Assembly (NCBI RefSeq): GCF_023016065.1
Contig: NZ_JALKAQ010000004.1
Location: forward strand, 16,462 to 40,461
Length of the DNA stretch: 24,000 nucleotides
Direction of reading: 5' to 3'
Origin: Marinobacter sp. S0848L
Lineage (GTDB): Bacteria; Pseudomonadota; Gammaproteobacteria; Pseudomonadales; Oleiphilaceae
Shown here: piece by piece, positions 1-6,758 of the stretch
How positions within the stretch are numbered: the stretch's first letter is position 1
Layout of the letters: each line of letters opens with the position of its first letter
Translations under genes and position numbers: made by a program
The notes under the pieces: generated by a model
What the model was told of the DNA's origin: nothing
Seen by the model: only the letters and a program-made list of their open reading frames with translations
The model's database searches: none

Positions 1-27
1 CCATGCTATCCGGCCTAGCCTTATCGA

Positions 28-1131
28 TCATCGAGCAATAACTTTGTATACGGGACGAAGCTTAGGAATCTGTTTTAGAACGACTTGGATGACGGTCATC
101 AACGGGACCGCTAGAAGAACCCCGACCGGCCCCCACAACCAGCCCCAGAAGAAAATCGAGATAAAAATAATGACGGGATTAATTGCCATACGAAAACCAT
201 GAATCCACGGCTCGAGAAAAAACCCGACAATGGTCGTGAGCAGGATAAAGCTTAAGGGCGCTAACGCCATCATCCAAAGCGTGTCTAGGGTCACAGCGGA
301 CACTAAGGCTAACAGCGCAATGGTCAGCATGTTTCCGAGATAGGGAATGAATCTGGCTAAGCCGGCCACCAACCCCCACATGGCCGGGTCAGGCAAACCA
401 ATAGCCCAACAAATCAGAGCGGTCAGCACGCCAACGGATGTATTACTTACCCCTAAAACCGCCAAATATTGCGCGATTTCACGCTGGGAGTAATGGGTAA
501 TGCGCAACACTCTTCGACGCTGAGATGCCGGCAATTGCCGAGCAAAGTTTCGAATCAAGCGGTCGCCACTTACGAGCAAAAAATAGGTTAAAGCCAAAGC
601 CAATGCCAAACCGGCCACGCCGTCTCGGACTTTCGAAACCATTTGGCTTCGCCAGGAATCCGTGGCCAACACCACCGTTTTAGGCTTTTCTTCGCCACTG
701 TCCGACAAGCCTTCTACCGATTTCTCCACTTGCTCAGCTGACCGGCTCACCTTATCGATCTGGCGCTTGATTTGGCTGTCTCCCACCAATAAACGTGAAA
801 TGCCCTGCGGCGCTTTCTGCGCCCATTCCAGAGCCGGCGTGGCAACCGCTGCGCCAACGCCGACAATCCCCACCAAAACCAGCAACACGAGAAACAACGA
901 ACTGACGGCTTTCGGAATGCGAAATTTAAGGTAAGCGCGCTGGACGAAAGGAGACAAAAACAAACTGGCAAGTACCGCCAATACAATCGGCAGTATGATT
1001 TGATGCGCGATATAAAGTGTATAAAGAACACCCAATGCGAACAGCCCATAGATAGGCGTAGACAGCCCGGCAAAAACGCTGCCTTCCTGTTCAGACTCGG
1101 GGGCATTTTCCGTTTGCGGCGACTCCTCCAT
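28..1131 (-). CDS. AI-2E family transporter (PerM/YhhT-like, UPF0118) inner-membrane protein
   Basis: 367-aa ORF. It has an acidic N-terminus followed by many hydrophobic helices (LYTLYIAHQIILPIVLAVLASLFLSPFV...). The C-terminal FLEPWIHG...NPVIIFISIFFWGWLWGPVGVLLAVPL stretch recalls the AI-2E/UPF0118 family. ATG start at 1131. Confidence 0.8.
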   Translation of the reverse strand: MEESPQTENAPESEQEGSVFAGLSTPIYGLFALGVLYTLYIAHQIILPIVLAVLASLFLSPFVQRAYLKFRIPKAVSSLFLVLLVLVGIVGVGAAVATPALEWAQKAPQGISRLLVGDSQIKRQIDKVSRSAEQVEKSVEGLSDSGEEKPKTVVLATDSWRSQMVSKVRDGVAGLALALALTYFLLVSGDRLIRNFARQLPASQRRRVLRITHYSQREIAQYLAVLGVSNTSVGVLTALICWAIGLPDPAMWGLVAGLARFIPYLGNMLTIALLALVSAVTLDTLWMMALAPLSFILLTTIVGFFLEPWIHGFRMAINPVIIFISIFFWGWLWGPVGVLLAVPLMTVIQVVLKQIPKLRPVYKVIAR

Positions 1132-1212
1132 GGGGCGCGCTCTCCTGTAGTGAATTCTCGAGTGAAAACACAGTCTAACGCCCTCGGGGGTTTAACGCAT
1201 TGTTGATTTTTG

Positions 1213-1911
1213 CTAACCGGCCAGCCTGGGCAAAAACGATGTATCCATCCAATAGCGCTTGAGATTGGCCTCATCGACCAGTACGGGCATTGTTTCCTGG
1301 TGAATATGATTAGTTGGATCAAACCACAGGTTATCGCTTCGGAATACATGAAGCTCACCGGTTTGAGGGTGCTGCCACTGGCAGACAATGCGGAACGGGT
1401 TACGACCGTTCACGGTCAGACTGGTGTTTTGCTCAACCGACGAAAATGTTGCGAGCACCTCGGTGCCGTGATCTTTCAGGTAAGCCTGTGAGCGGCTCTT
1501 CTTCCAACCAAACAACAGCATCCCGCCGCCAATGGCGCCAAACACGAGCCCCATACCTCCAAGAATCATGGGCAGCCCCCACAGCGAGAAGAAACTGTTG
1601 ATGCGAGCACTCTCCGGAACCGACGGCTCGTAAAACACAGACACACGCTCGCCGCGACTGAACGACGGCGGATTTGAGCCGGAACGCGACCGGAACTCGA
1701 TCTCCCTACCACGGATATCCTCGAAAACCACCACCGGATAATAGGTTGTCGAATCGCTGGAGCGAGAGCGCTCCAGGTCAGTGACCGTGCCCGTGGCTTC
1801 CGTGGCTCGCTCGATAAATGACACCGTACTGCTGTAACTCATCACCGCACCAACAAGCATACCGGCGCCAATGAGTGTGAAGACGTATTTGAGGATATTC
1901 AGGGTTTTCAA
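1213..1911 (-). CDS. DUF3592-type membrane protein with two beta-rich modules, each following a TM segment
   Basis: 232-aa ORF with a TTG start at 1911, preceded by AAGGA about 8 nt upstream. Order is N-terminal TM (FTLIGAGMLVGAVM), a module ATGTVTDLERSRSSDSTTYYPVVVFED..GREIEF.S....PPSFSRGERVSVFYEP typical of DUF3592, a second TM pair, then a second related module (HGTEVLATFSSVEQN...FRIVCQWQHP.TGELHVFRSD). Confidence 0.7.
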   Translation of the reverse strand: MKTLNILKYVFTLIGAGMLVGAVMSYSSTVSFIERATEATGTVTDLERSRSSDSTTYYPVVVFEDIRGREIEFRSRSGSNPPSFSRGERVSVFYEPSVPESARINSFFSLWGLPMILGGMGLVFGAIGGGMLLFGWKKSRSQAYLKDHGTEVLATFSSVEQNTSLTVNGRNPFRIVCQWQHPQTGELHVFRSDNLWFDPTNHIHQETMPVLVDEANLKRYWMDTSFLPRLAG

Positions 1912-1944
1912 TGGTTCATTCCTTGTGTTTTGGGGTCTCTTTCC

Positions 1945-2556
1945 TTAAGCCATCTGACCAATTTCGGCGCCTTCGGGAACGAGAGAAGGCATTTGGGGCT
2001 CACGCCCCTTCAAGATATTTGCCAGACGCCGCTCTCGTACCTTGTGAACGGAGGAATCAAACCTGAGTACCTTGAGGGGCACCGGGTCACCCTCCTGCAA
2101 CTTGTCGAACGTCGCCAGCTTACTCAGATAGAAGGCCCCACTGTGATTTTGGCCATCAAACTGAAAATCAAACTCAATCATAAGGTTACACTGATAATGC
2201 CCTTCCCCCTGAGGCTCATTTCGATGATCGTATTCCTGATGAAACTGACAATCCGCTTCTTTTTTGGTCAGTACGCCGTCCACCTCTACACCGTGCTTCC
2301 GTAGCAAGGCCTGGCCGTAGAGGTAGCTGGTACCTGAGTAAGTCGTGACGATAGCAAGCAGAACCATCCCAGCGCCCATCAATGCGAAGAAACCTCCCGC
2401 AATCATGGCACCCCAGTCGCCAAAGTCGACGTAGAAAATGCCACCACCCACAGCGGTGGTGATTATTCCTACGCACAGCATCGTTAGCATAATGCCTAGG
2501 TCAGATTTTATTGCTGACCACAGGAGCGGCCAATCAATGTGGTTTTTTCTGAGCAT
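1945..2556 (-). CDS. membrane protein with C-terminal DUF3592-like module (partial paralogue of 1213..1911)
   Basis: 203-aa ORF with an ATG start. It has two or three TM helices (GIMLTMLCVGIITTAVGGGIFYV, GAMIAGGFFALMGAGMVLLAIV). The following segment LLRKHGVEVDGVLTKKE...MIEFDFQFDGQNHSG...LQEGDPVPLKVLRFD resembles the second module of the neighbouring protein (YLKDHGTEVLATFSSVE...). No obvious SD upstream. Confidence 0.6.
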   Translation of the reverse strand: MLRKNHIDWPLLWSAIKSDLGIMLTMLCVGIITTAVGGGIFYVDFGDWGAMIAGGFFALMGAGMVLLAIVTTYSGTSYLYGQALLRKHGVEVDGVLTKKEADCQFHQEYDHRNEPQGEGHYQCNLMIEFDFQFDGQNHSGAFYLSKLATFDKLQEGDPVPLKVLRFDSSVHKVRERRLANILKGREPQMPSLVPEGAEIGQMA

Positions 2557-2636
2557 TTTTCCGGCGCTGGGAGGTTAGTTAATGGGTTGAGGTTGGTTAT
2601 CAACGCAGCAAACGATTGGCTCTGCTGAGAAAAGAC

Positions 2637-2839
2637 CTACCGGGGATGAGTTTTGCGCATTCTTTCATGAAGCTCGTCCAGCTCCTTCTGTTTTTGCGCC
2701 ATGTAGTCTTCTTCGATATCGATCAGGCGGGTTGTGGGGCCGTTTGGATCCAGGCGTTCTTGGACGACTTCAGTAACGTCCGTGTTTTATCAACTCTTAT
2801 TAAAGTGCTGAGCTCTTCCTCTGAACTTGAAAACCTCAC
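2637..2839 (-). pseudogene. possible frame-broken small ORF: two overlapping minus-strand frames that would fuse to about 67 aa with one extra A in an A4 tract
   Basis: Frame A runs from GTG 2839 to TGA 2723-2725 and reads VRFSSSEEELSTLIRVDKTRTLLKSS.... Frame B is open over 2640-2786 with stop TAG at 2637-2639 and reads NTDVTEVVQERLDPNGPTTRLIDIEEDYMAQKQKELDELHERMRKTHPR. The frames switch at a T4/A4 run at 2785-2788. There is no SD before the GTG and no in-frame ATG near the 5' end. Confidence 0.2.
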
Positions 2840-2894
2840 ATATTTATCGTCGGAATTACTTGTCGTACAGCGTCAGAGTATTGCACTCCGTTAA

Positions 2895-3833
2895 TCAGTT
2901 AACAGGCTCAGAGTGGTTAACGACACAACGGAAACCATTCCCCGAAGAATCAATGTGCTGACCACTTCGAGCAAACACGGTGCCGCCACCGCCAATGTGC
3001 TCCCCTCTACCGGCCCAGTCCCTCACGGTTTTTTCAGGATTGTCGGTATCAAGCGGACCGTCAGGACCTTTTGGATTTTCCTTGGGTGCGTTCCTGTAAT
3101 AGTCGCTTTGAAACCAATCCTGCGTCCATTCCGCTACATTTCCAGTCATGTCATAAAGGCCTAGCGGATTTGGTGGGTAGCTCCCAACCGGGCGCCGCTC
3201 GAACTTCAGCGAAGAGTGCATCAGGGTGTTGCCAGAAGGCGGTATCGAAGGGTCAACATACTCTTTCGGGCGGCGAAGGTAGGGATCCCTCTCGACATCG
3301 CCTGTATCGGTGGCATAGGGCACCTCCCTCCCCCGGCTTCGAGCCGCATACTCCCACTGAGCCTCCGTAGGCAAAGCAAAAGGCAGCCCGGTGCGTTCTG
3401 CAAGCCAGGCGCAATACCCCTCAGCCTCTCCGTAATTTGGTACTCGGGCGGGCTTTCGGTAATAGTTGGGTGACAAGGGGTCATCCGAAACCATCAGGTA
3501 CTTTTTTAAGCTGAACTGGTCTGCATATAGGTGAGCTCGCTCAAGATCTTCGTAGTAAACTGCCATTTCACCCCAAGTCGTCTCGAACCGCGATACCGAG
3601 TAACTATCGATCCTAACGTTAACCACTGGGCGGCTATGATCCGTCAGAGTCACGTAAGGAGTGCCATCAGGCTTCCCAACATCTCCAAGAGCAAACTCAC
3701 CACCTTGCACGAACACCTGATTATCTATAGCTTGCGTTAGGACTTGGGATACCACTTCATCCTCGCCACAGCCCGAAATAAGCGCTTGCACTACTACCAA
3801 ACAAACTACTTTTAGTGGATCAACACCCGACAT
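2895..3833 (-). CDS. FGE/SUMF1-fold (FGE-sulfatase domain) lipoprotein; candidate T6SS immunity protein
   Basis: 312-aa ORF. It has a lipoprotein signal with lipobox VVQALISG|C. FGE-sulfatase hallmarks are present: EAEGYCAWLAERTGLPFALPTEAQWEYAARS, NPLGLYDMTGNVAEWTQDWF, ENPKGP and a C-terminal GFRC. AGGAGG SD overlaps the stop codon of the upstream gene, with a 13-nt gap. Confidence 0.8.
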   Translation of the reverse strand: MSGVDPLKVVCLVVVQALISGCGEDEVVSQVLTQAIDNQVFVQGGEFALGDVGKPDGTPYVTLTDHSRPVVNVRIDSYSVSRFETTWGEMAVYYEDLERAHLYADQFSLKKYLMVSDDPLSPNYYRKPARVPNYGEAEGYCAWLAERTGLPFALPTEAQWEYAARSRGREVPYATDTGDVERDPYLRRPKEYVDPSIPPSGNTLMHSSLKFERRPVGSYPPNPLGLYDMTGNVAEWTQDWFQSDYYRNAPKENPKGPDGPLDTDNPEKTVRDWAGRGEHIGGGGTVFARSGQHIDSSGNGFRCVVNHSEPVN

Positions 3834-3846
3834 TAATCAAAGCCTC

Positions 3847-5964
3847 CTAAGCTATCCCGCATATTCGACAGGCATTAAACGGGTCCATTTGCACTGGTCT
3901 ACCCGCGATCGCGACTTTACTCCTCAGCTCATAAATGAATAACCTCTGATCAGTTTCACCTTTTCCAACGAACTCAAATAGGCGATCAAGGTTCTCTTGA
4001 AAATCCTCCCGATTGGCAACACCCTCAGGATTCATCCGAAACACCGTTTCTTCGAAATCACGCCAACTTTGAAATGAAGCAAGGATCTCGCTCACAGCCT
4101 GAATCTTTATGTCGTTACTACTCCAGATATCAGGTGTAACCCACCAATCATAGAGAATATTGTCCAAGACAGTGCCTTTGACTTCAGGAGGGGAATGCAA
4201 GAACACGGCGTCTTCCTTAAGAGCGAGATCATTGACAACGTTTTGGGCAAGCTCAGCCCCACCCCGCTCGCGCTTTCGTCCTACGAATACATCATCCACA
4301 AACTCTGCAAGCGCGGTCACCACGCTCGTCGCAAACTCATGAGCTGCCGCAGCAGCAGTGAGGCCACGCCCCAATGCGAACAAACTCATTCGTTTATACC
4401 AGTCGAACGCTTCCGTATCAGGATCAAATAACTCCAAATACCTGAAGTCCACATCAAGCAATGCGTTATAGACAAAATGAAGCATCCGCATAATTTTCTG
4501 TGTTTCTACTTCGAGAAGAAAACTTCCTGCGGCTCCGGCACCCAAAACGAGCCCTGCGTGGGCATTGCAATAAAACTTTCCTGTGGTTTCACTGAAGTGC
4601 AATCGAATATTAAACTCAGCTCCTGCACCAAACGCAGCCTCGACCTTCTTCCCGATACTGCAGAGCTTATCCCACTCTCGCGCTTCAGTTAGAACATCTC
4701 TCCAGCGCAGCTCACCTGAAACTTCACACCCGCCTCGGATACCCGCAAATACACCACCTTCTATCTCTGCTTTCTGCCCGTTCTGCCTAGCAGCAATTCC
4801 CTTTATAGTCGGGAGGCCATCGGTAGTAGATACATGAACATTACCGGCAACAAGTGCTGAGGCTCCGGCAAATCCCGAAAGCGAAGCCATAATCGCCGCC
4901 TGAAAATGCCCCAGCGAAGCAGTTCTCCGCTCGCCGTCCCAACCGCCAACCCGGTAAGGGATGTGAATTTCAGACCGATTATTCACAGGAAACGCCTGCT
5001 CTATACCCACTTTTCCTTGAGCCAGAGCAAACTGCCCTTCTAACTTCGCTTGAAAGTGAACTTTGCCTTTTCGCGGATCAAACTCACCAGAAGCACTTCC
5101 CCCCGCAGCAAAACGCATAAACTGAGCCTCTGCCGAAGCATCAAAGCCAGTTTCGTCGATCGCTTTTTGTCTTGCCTCGGCATCACCCCAGATCGACCAG
5201 GACGCCTCATCGTAAAACTTGTTCAATGTCGTCATGAGGGCACCATTCTGATCAGGCTCCCACAATTTTGCGTTGAACTTGATGTTTAGCTCACTTCGAA
5301 TAGCATCTCGAAGCTTTGCCGGATCAACACCATTCTCGGTTAACCATCCATCACTCCGCGCCCGGTCTCTTGCCGCTATGGAATAACGTCGCTGGTGATT
5401 CTTCATTTTGTCAGAGCGCACAAACGTAACATGTCTATTGCCGGCCAATCTTTTGATCTCAGTGATCGGCGGTATGCTCTGCATATCGTTAGTAAGAACG
5501 GAGCGAGCTTCCAGTTCTTCAACTAGGCGCTCTTTCTCTTCCTGCACTTCTGACAGCAACCGGCCTTCACCATCAGTCGGACTCAATTCGGAAACCTCGT
5601 CACCGTCGTTGAGCTCATCCAGCCTTTCATAAAACTCGTTTATCGGGCCGCAAACAAACTCTTCCTCCTCAAGCCACTCGGAGAGTTGCTCTTCCGTCAA
5701 CAGGATCAACTCATCAGAGCCGGTGACATGGACAACGTCCACAATTTCTTCTGCACATGGTGGTTCCTGAGCTATTTGCCCTACCTCGCAGCTGGAGAAA
5801 TCGGCATCGTTTGCAGCGGGAAGTTTGAGCCGTTGCCCGGGGAAAATCCGATCAGGATTATCGATATCCGGATTCAGTCTCAGGAGGCTGCTTAGCGTGG
5901 TTTGGTGTCGCTGTGCAATTGCACTGAGGGTGTCGCCGGACTTGACGGTATACTCGGAACTCAT
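3847..5964 (-). CDS. LysM-domain protein of unknown function; candidate T6SS effector loaded through the DUF4123 adaptor and VgrG
   Basis: 705-aa ORF whose ATG overlaps the DUF4123 stop by 4 nt (ATGA). No Sec signal peptide is evident. An N-terminal LysM domain is followed by an acidic linker, a Gly/Ala-rich core and a roughly 200-aa C-terminal region I do not recognise. The position immediately 3' of a DUF4123 gene is the canonical effector slot. Confidence 0.65.
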   Translation of the reverse strand: MSSEYTVKSGDTLSAIAQRHQTTLSSLLRLNPDIDNPDRIFPGQRLKLPAANDADFSSCEVGQIAQEPPCAEEIVDVVHVTGSDELILLTEEQLSEWLEEEEFVCGPINEFYERLDELNDGDEVSELSPTDGEGRLLSEVQEEKERLVEELEARSVLTNDMQSIPPITEIKRLAGNRHVTFVRSDKMKNHQRRYSIAARDRARSDGWLTENGVDPAKLRDAIRSELNIKFNAKLWEPDQNGALMTTLNKFYDEASWSIWGDAEARQKAIDETGFDASAEAQFMRFAAGGSASGEFDPRKGKVHFQAKLEGQFALAQGKVGIEQAFPVNNRSEIHIPYRVGGWDGERRTASLGHFQAAIMASLSGFAGASALVAGNVHVSTTDGLPTIKGIAARQNGQKAEIEGGVFAGIRGGCEVSGELRWRDVLTEAREWDKLCSIGKKVEAAFGAGAEFNIRLHFSETTGKFYCNAHAGLVLGAGAAGSFLLEVETQKIMRMLHFVYNALLDVDFRYLELFDPDTEAFDWYKRMSLFALGRGLTAAAAAHEFATSVVTALAEFVDDVFVGRKRERGGAELAQNVVNDLALKEDAVFLHSPPEVKGTVLDNILYDWWVTPDIWSSNDIKIQAVSEILASFQSWRDFEETVFRMNPEGVANREDFQENLDRLFEFVGKGETDQRLFIYELRSKVAIAGRPVQMDPFNACRICGIA
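4504..5133 (-). other. Gly/Ala-rich core with repeated short amphipathic segments (aa ~278-487 of the 705-aa protein)
   Basis: Recurrent segments are FAAGGSASGEF, GHFQAAIMASLSGFAGASALVAGNVHV, EIEGGVFAGIRGGCEVSGEL, VEAAFGAGAEFNIRLHF and HAGLVLGAGAAGSFLLEV. They show small-residue spacing of the GxxxG/AxxxA type. I recognise no catalytic motif. Confidence 0.4.
5821..5955 (-). other. LysM peptidoglycan-binding domain (aa 4-48 of the 705-aa protein)
   Basis: YTVKSGDTLSAIAQRHQTTLSSLLRLNPDIDNPDRIFPGQRLKLP matches the LysM consensus (Y.V..GDTL..IA......L...N........I..GQ.L.IP). Confidence 0.85.
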
Positions 5965-6758
5965 GAGGCAACTCCATATGCCAAACGTTTATCCAATTCT
6001 TTCAAGCGCATACCTGCTGGCATTTCAGAACTGGACAAAATAGCCTGAAATTCTGGATGCTCAATGCGCTCTCCGTGCACTACAGCTAGCTCTGCAAATC
6101 GGCTTACGTCTTTCTCTGTATGGAACCCAAACGAGTTGGCCTGCTGAATCAACGCGTTCACTCTGGATGTATCGTTTAGACAAAGATATCGGGCCAACCT
6201 GGTTGCGAACTCTTCTCTGGCCATCGCTGCCAGGGCCTCAATATGGTGATCAGCAAGAACAAACCAGCCTTCCTCAGCAGCCTGCCTGGCTGGTCTCTGG
6301 CCATCTGCACTGAATCGCCGCCATTGACCATCATTTTGGAACGCCAGCCAGTCTGTTATCGGGCCACTGAATTGGTCTCGCTCCAGATCACTGAACGCTC
6401 CCATCAACCTGACCAGCTGTTTTGGGGAATAGAACCTGAGATAGGAATAACCCCCATCAGGCAACTTGACGCTCAACAGGCTTCGTAAATGATCGGCCAA
6501 TACGGGCAGTATCTCGTCTGCCATCAGGACAACGGCATGGTCCTGCCACGTTCCCTGCTCTGACCATATTCGTGATGATGGCGAAGGCTTTACAAGGCAG
6601 GGGCTCACCTCGATGACCGCCTCATGGGGTGTACCAAGGTACAGGTATTCTAGTTCCGGCTGATCATCGTATTCATAGATGAATCTGGGAGCATCAAATA
6701 CCGCACCATCAATCAGTATGTAAGCTCGCTTAACGGCCTTCTCATCCAAGCCCATCAT
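5961..6758 (-). CDS. DUF4123 domain protein (T6SS effector adaptor/chaperone, Tap-1/TEC family)
   Basis: 265-aa ORF. YILIDGAVFD...YLYLG.PHE..IEVSPCLVKPS...HLRSLLSVKLPDGGYSYLRFYSPKQL..L...F....RDQFSGPITDW fits the DUF4123 pattern. It has 4-nt ATGA overlaps with vgrG upstream and the 705-aa gene downstream. Confidence 0.8.
   Translation of the reverse strand: MMGLDEKAVKRAYILIDGAVFDAPRFIYEYDDQPELEYLYLGTPHEAVIEVSPCLVKPSPSSRIWSEQGTWQDHAVVLMADEILPVLADHLRSLLSVKLPDGGYSYLRFYSPKQLVRLMGAFSDLERDQFSGPITDWLAFQNDGQWRRFSADGQRPARQAAEEGWFVLADHHIEALAAMAREEFATRLARYLCLNDTSRVNALIQQANSFGFHTEKDVSRFAELAVVHGERIEHPEFQAILSSSEMPAGMRLKELDKRLAYGVAS

Noticed and set aside
747-1388. 213-aa minus-strand ORF overlapping the AI-2E transporter gene and the intergenic region
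   Set aside because: It runs in an alternative frame of a well-supported gene. Its composition is Arg/Cys/Trp/Ser-rich, typical of an off-frame translation. It shows no motif.
2616-2894. 92-aa plus-strand ORF in the gap between the lipoprotein and DUF3592 genes
   Set aside because: It runs against the orientation of the whole island, has no SD, and reads poorly (hydrophobic and Ser-rich). The opposite strand contains the more protein-like, though frame-broken, reading frames reported separately.
2895-3833. The FGE-domain lipoprotein as a genuine sulfatase-maturating enzyme
   Set aside because: It has no equivalents of the catalytic cysteine pair, no sulfatase gene is nearby, and it is tightly translationally coupled to a vgrG/DUF4123 cargo operon.
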